Of a stretch of 64,000 nucleotides of DNA, positions 55,353 to 64,000 are shown piece after piece (position 1 is the stretch's first letter; every line of letters begins with the position of its first letter). The notes beneath the pieces were generated by a model that saw nothing but the letters and a program-made list of their open reading frames with translations, searched no databases and was not told the DNA's origin. The DNA is from Candidatus Latescibacterota bacterium. GTDB taxonomy: Bacteria; Latescibacterota; UBA2968; UBA8231. The position numbers and the translations under genes were made by a program. The stretch covers positions 320,001-384,000 of the forward strand of contig CBDCSU010000006.1 in NCBI GenBank assembly GCA_965221775.1. Reading direction: 5' to 3'.

Positions 55353-56096
55353 ATGGCCGAGAAGGTGGCACTGATCACGGGCGGCGGCTCCGGCATCGGC
55401 AGGGCGTCGGCCCTCGCCCTGGCGGAGGAAGGCTACGCGGTGGTCCTGGCGGGGCGCCGGGCCGAGGTGCTGGAGGAGACCGCCTCCGAGGCCGCCGGCG
55501 AGGCCCTCGCCGTGCCCACGGACGTGAGCGATCCCGCCTCGATCCGGGACCTCTTCGCCCGCGCCAGGGAGACCTTCGGCCGCCTCGACCTGCTGTTCAA
55601 CAACGCCGGCATCGGCGCCCCCGCCGTGCCCCTGGAGGAGTTGAGCTACGAGCAGTGGACGGCGGTGGTCGACGTAAATCTCACGGGGGCCTTCGTATGC
55701 ACCCAGGAGGCCTTCCGCATCATGAAGGACCAGGATCCCCGCGGCGGCCGCATCATCAACAACGGCTCGGTCTCGGCCCACGTGCCGCGGCCGAACTCCG
55801 CTCCCTACACGGCCACCAAGCACGCCCTCACCGGCCTCACGCGCTCCACCTCCCTCGACGGCCGCCAGTACGGCATCGCCTGCGGTCAGATCGACATCGG
55901 AAACGCCGAAACCCGCATGACCGAGCGCATGCAGAGCGGGCTCCCCCAGGCCCACGGCCAGGACATGGTGGAGCCCCGGATGCACGTGGACAACGTGGCC
56001 CGGGCGATCGTCTACATGGCCAGCCTGCCCCTCGACGCCAACGTGCAGTTCATCACCGTCATGGCCACGACCATGCCCTACATCGGTCGCGGCTAG
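55353..56096 (+). CDS. SDR oxidoreductase
   Basis: [32 protein letters not shown]. Confidence 0.93.
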   Translation: MAEKVALITGGGSGIGRASALALAEEGYAVVLAGRRAEVLEETASEAAGEALAVPTDVSDPASIRDLFARARETFGRLDLLFNNAGIGAPAVPLEELSYEQWTAVVDVNLTGAFVCTQEAFRIMKDQDPRGGRIINNGSVSAHVPRPNSAPYTATKHALTGLTRSTSLDGRQYGIACGQIDIGNAETRMTERMQSGLPQAHGQDMVEPRMHVDNVARAIVYMASLPLDANVQFITVMATTMPYIGRG

Positions 56097-56134
56097 GCGG
56101 CGTGACCGGGGCCGGACGGCTGCTCCGTCGCGAT

Positions 56135-57148
56135 CTACTCGGCGCCGGCGCCGGCGAGGTACCCGGCGACCTCCGAGTTCCCGAAGTGCCTCGCCCACCC
56201 CAGCGGGTTGGCGCCGTACTCCTCGTCCCTGGGCGACAGGGGGGCCCCGGCCTCCACCAGGCGCCGGGCGTTCTCCACCCGCCCTCCCCAGGCCGCGTAG
56301 TGCAGGGCCGTCACCCCCCGGGGCGCGGCGTCGACCCGGGCGCCGAGGGTCAGGAGCAGATTCACCATCTCCGGTTCCCCCCAGCGGGAGGCGACCATGA
56401 GCGGCGTGGCACCTGTTCGGCCGGCCACGGTGTACTCGTGGACGTGCCCGCCGGGGGCAGAGCCGTGCTCGGACAAGGCCTCCAGGGCCGCCGGGTCGCC
56501 CCCCACAAGTCCGCGCACCGCCGCGGCGTCACCGAGGGGGGTGTGCAGGAAGAGGTCGGCCGCGGCGCCGCGGCCGACAAGGAAGCGCGACACCTCCGGC
56601 CGGGCCAGGACATTCCACTGCGCCGCGGTGCCGTGGTGGTCCACGTCGCGGGCGTCGATCTCGGCGCCGTGATCGAGGAGGAAGGCGGCGATCTCCGGGT
56701 CGGCGGCGTAGTGCAGGGGCCGCAACCCGTCCCCGCCCGGCTGATGGACCACGGCGGGATCGGCGGCGACCAGCTCCCGCAGGCGCTCGAGACGGCCCAG
56801 GCCGGCGGCGGAGTGGGCGTCGACAGTGGCGCCGCGGTCGATGAGGAAGTCGGCGAGGCCATCGCGGTGCAGGTCGCGGGGATGCCCCGAGTTCAGGGCC
56901 GTGAAGCCGCCCGCCCACCAGCGGCTCTTCTGGTCGATGTCGGCCCCGAAGGAGAGCAGCAGGTCGATCATGCCGCGGTCCTTGCGGCCGGCGGCGAGGA
57001 TGACGGCGGAAGCGTCGAAGCTGCCGTCGTCGGTGGCGGAGGCCAGGGCCGGGTCGGCCTCCAGGCAGGCGCGGACGACCTCCTGGTCTCCGGACTTGAC
57101 GGCAGCGAAGAAAGACGCGGCATCGTGGGAGGCGGGGGACTCGGACAA
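56135..57148 (-). CDS. Ankyrin repeat protein
   Basis: PLHYAA, GATPLMVAS, TALHYAA, ANPLGWA repeats. Confidence 0.9.
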   Translation of the reverse strand: MSESPASHDAASFFAAVKSGDQEVVRACLEADPALASATDDGSFDASAVILAAGRKDRGMIDLLLSFGADIDQKSRWWAGGFTALNSGHPRDLHRDGLADFLIDRGATVDAHSAAGLGRLERLRELVAADPAVVHQPGGDGLRPLHYAADPEIAAFLLDHGAEIDARDVDHHGTAAQWNVLARPEVSRFLVGRGAAADLFLHTPLGDAAAVRGLVGGDPAALEALSEHGSAPGGHVHEYTVAGRTGATPLMVASRWGEPEMVNLLLTLGARVDAAPRGVTALHYAAWGGRVENARRLVEAGAPLSPRDEEYGANPLGWARHFGNSEVAGYLAGAGAE

Positions 57149-57234
57149 GGCGCGAAAGCTCCTCTTGAGAGGTGACAGGGCGAGACGCCGGGGGGTAACT
57201 TAGGCCCCCTCATGGAGACGAGCGGAGGAGACGT

Positions 57235-58095
57235 ATGCGAATCTACCTGATGACCGATCTCGAAGGCGTGGCGGGCGTGCAGAACTCGCTCGACTGGACC
57301 CGCCCGGGGCAGTACTGGTACGACTTGGCCCGCCAGCTCCTGACCCGGGAGGTCAACGCCGCCCTCGACGGGTTCTTCGCCGCCGGCGCCGACGAGGTGC
57401 TGGTCGCCGACGGCCACGGGCCGAGCGCCGTGGACGTGCAGGACCTGGACCCGCGCGCCGAGTACATGCGCGGCTGGCCGGAGCTGTGGCCCCTCGGCCT
57501 GGAGGAGGGCGGCTACGACTACCTGGCCGTCGTCGGCCAGCACGCCAAGTCGCGGACCCCCCTCTCCAACATGACCCACACCCAGTCCTACCGCACCCTG
57601 GAGATCTCGGTCAACGGCACCGCCATCGGCGAGTTCGGCCAGATCGCCATGTGCGCCAGCGAGCTCGGGGTGCGCACCATCTACGCCGCCGGCGAGAAGG
57701 CCCTGGCCGAGGAGGCCGAGGCCCTCGTGCCCGGCATCGAGACGGTGTGGGTCAAGCGCGGGACGAGACCGGGCCGCGGCGACGAGTGCTCCGAGGACCA
57801 GTACCGGGCGCGCAATGTCAGCGCCATCCACTTCCATCCCGAGCGGGCCCGGGCCCTGATCCGCGCCGGCGCGGTCACCGCCGTTCACCGCGCCGAGAGC
57901 GACGACAGCTTCGGAATCATCGACCTCCAGCCCCCCTTCCGGGGGACCTTCGTGCAGCGGCCGTGGGCCGAGGAGCCGCGGCGGCTGTACACTCGGCGCG
58001 AGCACCCGGAGAGCGTGGCGGCGATGATGAACCAGTCCCAGGAGTGGCAGCCGGTGGCCGACGAGGACCACCTGCGCGAGCTGCTCGTCGACTGA
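57235..58095 (+). CDS. Peptidase M55 (DppA-like D-aminopeptidase)
   Basis: MTDLEGVAG, VADGHG, GQHA, THT, IGEF. Confidence 0.9.
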   Translation: MRIYLMTDLEGVAGVQNSLDWTRPGQYWYDLARQLLTREVNAALDGFFAAGADEVLVADGHGPSAVDVQDLDPRAEYMRGWPELWPLGLEEGGYDYLAVVGQHAKSRTPLSNMTHTQSYRTLEISVNGTAIGEFGQIAMCASELGVRTIYAAGEKALAEEAEALVPGIETVWVKRGTRPGRGDECSEDQYRARNVSAIHFHPERARALIRAGAVTAVHRAESDDSFGIIDLQPPFRGTFVQRPWAEEPRRLYTRREHPESVAAMMNQSQEWQPVADEDHLRELLVD

Positions 58096-58120
58096 CACAC
58101 AAAGGGAGAGAGAGACGCAG

Positions 58121-58816
58121 ATGCGAGTACTGATCACCGGCTCCGCCGGAGCCATCGGATCGACCCTCGTCGAGGGCCTGAAGGATCGTCACGAGGTGCG
58201 CGGCTTCGACCGCGAGCCCACCCCCGGCATCGAGGACTACGTCGTCGGCGACATCGTCGACGAGGAGAAGGTGAGGGGTGCCGCCGCCGGCATGGACGCC
58301 ATCATCCACCTGGTCAACGTGCCCGGAGGGGAGTGGGAGCACTCCCTGCAGAACATGATCGGCACCTACAACGTGCTCGAGGCGGCCCGTGAGCACGGCG
58401 CCAGGCGCGTCGTCTACTCCAGCCGCGCCGGCGTCCTGCCCCAGTCGTACTACCCGCGCTCCATTCAGCGCACCGTCCACATGCCCACGCGGCCCGAGAG
58501 CTACTACTCGGTGACCAAGGTCTTCGCCGAGGCCATCGGTTACATGTACACCGCCCGCCACGACCTCGAGTTCGTCGCCGTGCGCATCGGCAACTTCAAC
58601 CGCGACCGTCCCCACCCGGAGCACCCCCACCAGCTCGGCCACGCCGACTGCGTGCGCCTCTTCGAGCAGGCCATCACCCATCCCGACGTCGGCTTCGAAA
58701 TCGTCTTCGGCGTCTCCGACAGCGACTGGCCCCTGTACGACCTCGACCACGGCCGGCGGGCGATCGGCTACGACCCCCAGGACCGGTCGGAGGTCCCCGA
58801 GGACAAGCGCGTCTGA
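58121..58816 (+). CDS. NAD-dependent epimerase/dehydratase (uronate dehydrogenase-like)
   Basis: ITGSAGAIG, YSVTKVFAE, VRIG, AIGYDPQD. Confidence 0.85.
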   Translation: MRVLITGSAGAIGSTLVEGLKDRHEVRGFDREPTPGIEDYVVGDIVDEEKVRGAAAGMDAIIHLVNVPGGEWEHSLQNMIGTYNVLEAAREHGARRVVYSSRAGVLPQSYYPRSIQRTVHMPTRPESYYSVTKVFAEAIGYMYTARHDLEFVAVRIGNFNRDRPHPEHPHQLGHADCVRLFEQAITHPDVGFEIVFGVSDSDWPLYDLDHGRRAIGYDPQDRSEVPEDKRV

Positions 58817-58870
58817 GTCGGAGCCCCGGATCGTCGGCGCGGCGCCTCCTGGCCGGCCGGCGAGTCTACT

Positions 58871-59845
58871 TCAGCGCCGCTCCACCATGCCGGTGCTCGG
58901 CGCCCCGTCGCTCCCGTCCATCGCTCGCTGCACGCGGTCGATGATCTCCATCACCGGCAGCACCTCCGAGCAGCTGGTCAGGGCCTTGCGGCCCTCGCGG
59001 ATGGCGGCGAAGAACTCGCCGTCCTGGGCGTCCACGCCGGAGGGTCCGTCCGGCAGGGTCACCTCGTTGCGCTGGTGATCCCACAGGCCCTGGCCATCGG
59101 TGAGCCAGGTCTCCTCCTCGCCGATGAGCCGCCAGTCCCCCTGGATCGGGCCGTGGTTGTTGAAGGACTGGGCGGCGCTCACCAGGCAGCCGTTGGCGGC
59201 GCCCAGGGAGATGCAGATGTCCATGGGCACTCCCAGACTCTCGTGCACCGGACCGCTGCGCCCCCACGCCTCCATGTGGGGGTCGCCGAGGAGCCAGTAG
59301 ACCATGTCGATCATGTGGCAGGCCTGGTGCCACAGCAGGTCGTCGGTCCAGATGCGCCGCTGGCCGAAGCGGTTCTCGTTGACGCGGCGGAAGAACCAGG
59401 TGTGCTGCACGATGTGGTGCAGGTGCAGGTCGCCGGCCTCGATCATCTCGTGGAGCCGGCGGAAGGCGGGGCTGAAGCGCTGGGTGTGGCACATCATGGC
59501 CACCTTCCCCGACCGCTCCTCGGCTTCCACCACGCGCCGCGATTCCGCCAGTGACAGCCCCATGGGCAACTCGAGGAGCACGTGCCTGCCGCGCTCGAGG
59601 GCGGTTACCGTCTGCTCGCAGTGGACCTGGTTGGGACTGGTGATGACCACGGCCTCCACCCCGGGCCGGTCGATGCACTCTTCGTAGTCGGTGGAGACGT
59701 GGGGGATGCCGTGCTTCCGGGCAAACACCTCGGCGTCGGCCTCGATGCCTCCCGCCAGGCTGACCACCTCCACGTCCTCCCTCTTCCCCAGCGCTTCCAT
59801 GTGGGTCACGCCCTGGGCGCCCTCCCCCACCAGACAGACTTTCAT
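58871..59845 (-). CDS. Gfo/Idh/MocA oxidoreductase, LigC-like
   Basis: GEGAQG, ELPM, HTQRF and FFRR.N......WTDDLLWH motif resembling LigC. Confidence 0.85.
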   Translation of the reverse strand: MKVCLVGEGAQGVTHMEALGKREDVEVVSLAGGIEADAEVFARKHGIPHVSTDYEECIDRPGVEAVVITSPNQVHCEQTVTALERGRHVLLELPMGLSLAESRRVVEAEERSGKVAMMCHTQRFSPAFRRLHEMIEAGDLHLHHIVQHTWFFRRVNENRFGQRRIWTDDLLWHQACHMIDMVYWLLGDPHMEAWGRSGPVHESLGVPMDICISLGAANGCLVSAAQSFNNHGPIQGDWRLIGEEETWLTDGQGLWDHQRNEVTLPDGPSGVDAQDGEFFAAIREGRKALTSCSEVLPVMEIIDRVQRAMDGSDGAPSTGMVERR

Positions 59846-61110
59846 CCTCGTCTCCTTTCGTGGTTCGAAATGGTCCCGGCCGCCGCCTTCAGGTCGTCGT
59901 GCTCGAAGGCGCTGGACATTCGCTCCATCTCATGCGGCGCAAGGCCGAGGTGAGCCGCGGCCTCTCGCCAGCCTCGGACCGCTTCGCCCACCTTGGCGGC
60001 GATGGCGCCCGCGGCCTGTGTGGTCATGCCGAACATGGGCGCCACCTCCATGGCGGTGTCGAGGGACGCCGCGCCGTCGGTCTCGTCGATGGCAAGGGCA
60101 TGGATGCGCGGCTTCACGTCGACAGGCACCGGGTTGAGATCGTACGCCGGTGACAGCCGCCAGCCGCCCTGCTCCCGCAGAAAACCGTGGTTGCGCAGAT
60201 GGTCGTCGGTATTGGAGACCAACATGTTGAAAACGATCCGCCGCCAGAGCTGACACAGGTCCTCCTTCACCTCGAGCCCCTCGCGCCTCAGGAACTCGGC
60301 GATCTCCAGGTAGCTTCGCATCTCGCCATCCGACCCTTCGATGGCGGTGAGGGCCGACATGAAGGGGATGCGCCGGCCCGGCCCGCGGTCGAAGCGGCGG
60401 GCCGTGAAAACGGGGCTGCTCGATACCTGCCGAAGCTGGAACGGCGCCACCCGGACCCCGGCGGCCTCGGCCAGAGCCATGGTGGCGGCCTCCCATCGCG
60501 TCACCGGCCAGTCGTCGTCGCGGCGGGGAAACTTGGCGATCAGCAGATCTCCGTCCCGGCCGCGGACCGTGGCCTTGGGACGGGCACCGCCGAGGGAGGT
60601 TCCGGGGGCCAGGAGCATTCGCAGGTCGTCGTCGGTCTCGTTGGCATCGATGACGCGGGCGGTGGCGGACAGCAGCCGCGGCAGATCGACGACCGGGGGC
60701 ACCGGCCGGCCGGTCGAGGTGAGGAACGCACCATCCTCCGCCTCCCTGAACCGAAGGGCGCCGAGGCGCGTCTCGTCGTCCACGAGGGTGAGGAAGTCGA
60801 CATCCAGCAGCGTCCTCGGCTGGCGCCCTTCCGCCGAGGCCCTCCGCAGCTCGTTGCGGCGAATTAGGGTCTGCCCCCAGCGGTCCGGGGCGGGGTCGGT
60901 GAAGGCACTGAACAGGGGCCGGTCGGTGTGGAACGGCCCGGGCCCCGCGGGGAGCACCGGGTCGAGACCGAAGGCGTCCCGGCGCTCCAGCCACGAGCGG
61001 TCGTACTCGAAGGAGGCTGTCTGCCGGGCCCCTCGCGTCCGGGCCCACAGGGTGCCGACGGAGACGGTCTCACCGCCCCTGTCCATGTATACGAGGATCT
61101 CACGTTCCAT
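59842..61110 (-). CDS. hipA: HipA-family kinase toxin
   Basis: PDRWG, SLGGARPK, RRFDR, NTDDHLRNHGFL, LSPAYD. Confidence 0.93.
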   Translation of the reverse strand: MEREILVYMDRGGETVSVGTLWARTRGARQTASFEYDRSWLERRDAFGLDPVLPAGPGPFHTDRPLFSAFTDPAPDRWGQTLIRRNELRRASAEGRQPRTLLDVDFLTLVDDETRLGALRFREAEDGAFLTSTGRPVPPVVDLPRLLSATARVIDANETDDDLRMLLAPGTSLGGARPKATVRGRDGDLLIAKFPRRDDDWPVTRWEAATMALAEAAGVRVAPFQLRQVSSSPVFTARRFDRGPGRRIPFMSALTAIEGSDGEMRSYLEIAEFLRREGLEVKEDLCQLWRRIVFNMLVSNTDDHLRNHGFLREQGGWRLSPAYDLNPVPVDVKPRIHALAIDETDGAASLDTAMEVAPMFGMTTQAAGAIAAKVGEAVRGWREAAAHLGLAPHEMERMSSAFEHDDLKAAAGTISNHERRRG

Positions 61111-61450
61111 GGCCGCCGTCCGACGGAGCCTCCCGTGCCGTACGGATGCGCCGCGGCAGCCGCTCCTCCTCGAGGCTCAGCCCCACCGGGTCCCGAGCCG
61201 CGTCCGCCAGGTCTCCCAGCCGGTCCGCCATACCGAGGACGAAGAGGACCGAGGCGTAGATGCCCATCGACACGCCCGGGTCCCCTTTCTCCACCCGCGC
61301 CAGGGTGGTGCGGCTGATGAAGGCGCGCCCCGCCATGAGCGCCACGGGGATCCGGCGGCGGCGCCGGGCCGCGGAGACATCCATGCCCAGTTTCTGCAGG
61401 GCCCGCCGCACGCCGGGGGGCAGCGCCTGTCGGGATCGGGAGGACTTCAT
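61100..61450 (-). CDS. XRE-family HTH antitoxin (HipB-like)
   Basis: ARRRRRI...ISRTTLARVEKGDPGVS; overlaps the hipA start. Confidence 0.88.
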   Translation of the reverse strand: MKSSRSRQALPPGVRRALQKLGMDVSAARRRRRIPVALMAGRAFISRTTLARVEKGDPGVSMGIYASVLFVLGMADRLGDLADAARDPVGLSLEEERLPRRIRTAREAPSDGGHGT

Positions 61451-61581
61451 GAACAGGAAAGAAGGCGTTAGAGGTCGAAAGGGCCAATTTATGATTCTTT
61501 ACGGTCTCAGCCAAGAAGCTCCTTGGAGCCTGGCTCGGGGGCTGTGACGACAGGGCCTGCGGCTGCGAGGTTAGCTCCAGA

Positions 61582-62091
61582 TCACTCCCGACTTTCCGGA
61601 CCTTGTCCGGCGTCGAGGTCGATTTCCCCGTTACGATACTCCTCCAAGACCTGCCGCGGACTCCTCTCGGGCGACGCGAAGGGATCGACCACCCGCAGGC
61701 CGTCGAGTACCTGCCCGTGCTGGAGGTCCTCGGTCAGCAGCACGGGAGTCTCGCTCGCCTGTGCGGCGGCCACGATGAGCGCGTCCCACCAGGAGAGGCG
61801 GAAGCGCTCCTCGATGAGCCAGGCTCGCCGCAGGACGGCAAGATCAATCTGGATCGGCTGCCACTTGAGGTAGTCGAGAACGATGTCACGCGCCCGGGCG
61901 GGATCGAGGCTCAGCTGCCGGCCCCGGATCAAGGTCGCATAGAACTCCTGCAACACCTGAAAGCTCAGCCGCCCTATTCGCTGGCGCCAGAGCAGTGTGT
62001 GCCACGTCTCGGCCCGGGCCTGCTTCACGGCATCCGAGCTGTCGTGCCGGTAGACCAGAACGTTGGTGTCAACGAAGACCGGGACGGTCAT
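61582..62091 (-). CDS. PIN-domain toxin (VapC-like)
   Basis: FVDTNVLVY, QVLQEF, SWWDALIVAAA, LLTEDL, VDPF. Confidence 0.92.
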   Translation of the reverse strand: MTVPVFVDTNVLVYRHDSSDAVKQARAETWHTLLWRQRIGRLSFQVLQEFYATLIRGRQLSLDPARARDIVLDYLKWQPIQIDLAVLRRAWLIEERFRLSWWDALIVAAAQASETPVLLTEDLQHGQVLDGLRVVDPFASPERSPRQVLEEYRNGEIDLDAGQGPESRE

Positions 62092-62311
62092 ACAACTCCT
62101 CACGCGTCGGCCTGCGGCCCTCCGGCCACTTGAGTTTGCGGGGCTTTCGGGCCAGAGCCCGGCGCATCGCCGCATCGTACTCGTCTTCCTGGCGCCGCAT
62201 TCGCTCGAGCAACTCGGCGATCCACCGGGAAACGCTGCGGTCGTCCTCGGCCGCCTTGACGCGCAACCAGCGGGCCAGATCCTCCGGCATGGCGATCGTC
62301 ACGTTCTTCAT
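62069..62311 (-). CDS. Ribbon-helix-helix antitoxin (VapB/CopG-like)
   Basis: MKNVTIAMPEDLARWLR...SVSR; ends TREELYDR; overlaps the PIN gene. Confidence 0.88.
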   Translation of the reverse strand: MKNVTIAMPEDLARWLRVKAAEDDRSVSRWIAELLERMRRQEDEYDAAMRRALARKPRKLKWPEGRRPTREELYDRPGLR

Positions 62312-62335
62312 TGGCGAGTCATCCTCCCTTGAATG

Positions 62336-62369
62336 GCACGAAAATAAGGATACACGAGAATCGTGTCAC
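62336..62369 (-). promoter_or_regulatory. vapBC promoter with a palindromic operator
   Basis: GTGACA-17bp-TATTTT on the minus strand; inverted repeat ACACGA-GAA-TCGTGT at 62352-62366 plus a GCACGA half-site. Confidence 0.65.
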
Positions 62370-62507
62370 CCGGTCAGGGCTCAGTCCGCCCGAAGCCCTT
62401 CGCCTCGATCAGGACGCGGTGCACGGGGGCGCTCCGGCTGGGATCGACAGGGGCCTCCGGGGCTTTGAAGTACCGGAGCCTGTCTCCGGCACCTCCGCCG
62501 GCCGGAC

Positions 62508-64000
62508 TCACCCCCGCTCCGGCGGCCACCGCTCCAGGCCGCGGACCCGCTCCGCCAGCTCCCGCCAGCGGCGCGGGCGGTACGGCGGCACCTGCGTCTC
62601 GCGCAGGTCGAAGCCGAAGGCGCGCTTGCTGAGCACGATCAGCGGCGGTGACTGGATCCGCTTGAAGTAGCTGATCCGCAGCTGCTCCTCCACCCACTCC
62701 AGATCGTCGAGCCAGTCCCGGGGCGTGGGGAAGTAGTCGGCGAAGGTGCAGTCGCCGTCGCTCCCGCACCAGCCCAACTCGGCGAAGAGCCGCCCCTCCA
62801 GCAGCCACTGCATCAGGTCCGCCGGATGGCGGCGGTACTCGATGAGCTGGCGCAGCACGGCGTCGTGATAGCCGTACTTGATGGGATCGCCCTTGCCGCG
62901 CGTAACGTCCTGCTCGGCGGACAGCTCGGCGCTGGGCACGGTGGAGCGGTCGAGGAGGTTCCGGGGGATCACCTCCCTGCCGTAGACCTCGGCGTTGAGG
63001 TACTCCCCGACCTCGTAGACCTGCACCTTGTAGAGATCGGCGATGGGCGCCGCGGCGCCGGCGAGATCGCCGTAGAGGGTGGTGTAGCCGAGGGCCATCT
63101 CGGTCTTGTTGCCGTTGTTGGTGAACAGCAGGCCGTGCCTGGCGGCGAGGCCGGAGAGCACGTCGGAGCCGCGGATGCGGGCCTGCAGGTTCTCGTCCAC
63201 GAGCTGGCTGTAGTCGCCGGCCGAGCGCGGGAAGACCGCCTCGCGCACGACCTTGGAGACGGCGCCGTAGAGCTCCTCGATGGGCACGCTCAGGTAGTCG
63301 AGACCCAGTCTCTCCGCCAGGCCCTTGGCGTTGCCGCGGGTCACGGCGGCGTTGAAGCGGGTGGGCATGTTGACGGCGAAGACTCGTTCGGCGCCGAAGG
63401 CGCGCTCCAGGAGGCAGGCGACGACGCTGGAGTCGATCCCGCCCGACAGCCCCACGAGCCAGCGGTTGGCGCCGCCGCGGATGTGGTCGAGGTGGCGAAG
63501 TCCGGTGAGCACGGCGCCGTACACGGCCTCCACCTCCCGCGGCGCGGGCGCGGACAGCGGCTCCGAGACCGTCGGGGAGGAGTCCGCCTCCACCTCCGGG
63601 GACGCGGCGGGCGGCACCGGGACCGTGGTCGATGAACCCGCCTCGACCTTCCGAGACGCGCCGGCCGAAGCCTTCACGGAGACCCCGGGCAACGCATCCG
63701 CCGCGGCCTCGACCCGCGGCGGCTCCCCGCCGCCGGCGAAGACCAGCTCCTCGCGCCAGGGACGGGCCCGGGCGGCGATGGCGCCGTCGGGCTCGTACGC
63801 GGTGGTGTCGCCGTCGAAGACGAGGATGTTCTTGCCGTTGTTCTGGGCGCCCACGTGGTTCACGTACAAGAAGGGCAGGGGCGACTGCCGCAGGATCTCC
63901 CGCACCGTGCGGTTGCGCTTGTCGTTCTTCTGCCAGGTCCACGGCGACGAGGAGAGGTTGAAGACCGCCTCGGCGCCGGCGGCGGCGTAGCGCGAGAGGG
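62508..64000 (-). CDS. nadE: Glutamine-dependent NAD+ synthetase (5' end outside the window)
   Basis: GLSGGIDS, ENLQARIR, NKTEMALGYTTLYGD, PSAEL; CN-hydrolase remnant NLSSSPW...VFDG. Confidence 0.95.
   Translation of the reverse strand, partial: LSRYAAAGAEAVFNLSSSPWTWQKNDKRNRTVREILRQSPLPFLYVNHVGAQNNGKNILVFDGDTTAYEPDGAIAARARPWREELVFAGGGEPPRVEAAADALPGVSVKASAGASRKVEAGSSTTVPVPPAASPEVEADSSPTVSEPLSAPAPREVEAVYGAVLTGLRHLDHIRGGANRWLVGLSGGIDSSVVACLLERAFGAERVFAVNMPTRFNAAVTRGNAKGLAERLGLDYLSVPIEELYGAVSKVVREAVFPRSAGDYSQLVDENLQARIRGSDVLSGLAARHGLLFTNNGNKTEMALGYTTLYGDLAGAAAPIADLYKVQVYEVGEYLNAEVYGREVIPRNLLDRSTVPSAELSAEQDVTRGKGDPIKYGYHDAVLRQLIEYRRHPADLMQWLLEGRLFAELGWCGSDGDCTFADYFPTPRDWLDDLEWVEEQLRISYFKRIQSPPLIVLSKRAFGFDLRETQVPPYRPRRWRELAERVRGLERWPPERG

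Noticed and set aside
58871-59845. Protocatechuate 4,5-cleavage pathway implied by the LigC-like gene
   Set aside because: No ligAB, ligI, ligJ or ligK nearby, so only family-level similarity is supportable.
62374-62500. Possible gene fragment (VHRVLIEAKGFG) after nadE
   Set aside because: No start codon or RBS, and too short to support.

Overview
A very GC-rich bacterial chromosome segment. Gene content suggests an FCB-superphylum organism, plausibly a Latescibacterota-like animal (sponge) symbiont; this is inference only, from the Omp85, TonB and FlgD-Ig proteins plus ankyrin, HEAT, TPR and YWTD repeat proteins and a PhyH dioxygenase. 1-36.5 kb is core genome: wecA-like transferase, DegT aminotransferase, a peptidase/PD40/Omp85 protein, rpmI-rplT-pheS-pheT-zapB-zapA-rny-ymdB-xseA-xseB-pgsA, surE, accD/bioY, an ECF sigma and putative anti-sigma, TPR-exbB-exbD-exbD-tonB, nrdR-nrdJ with tandem NrdR boxes, map, topA, a XerC homologue lacking most catalytic residues, pheA, tRNA-Cys and tRNA-Leu. 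Downstream of tRNA-Leu (about 36.5-47.4 kb) is an accessory stretch of co-oriented, mostly secreted or membrane proteins: a FlgD-Ig/dockerin/12xYWTD protein, an S55 peptidase, a ferric reductase and gene remnants. It is divergent from a single-chain sensor kinase/response regulator/winged-helix fusion with a candidate 11-bp direct-repeat binding site. 47.4-64 kb holds oxidoreductases, a frameshifted ECF-TPR sigma coupled to a PcfJ-domain gene, an ankyrin protein, HipBA and VapBC modules, and part of nadE. The first ~620 bp contain a 332-bp-period tandem duplication, probably a contig-end artefact. No CRISPR array, rRNA, transposase or intact integrase was seen. All calls are by eye, without database searches.
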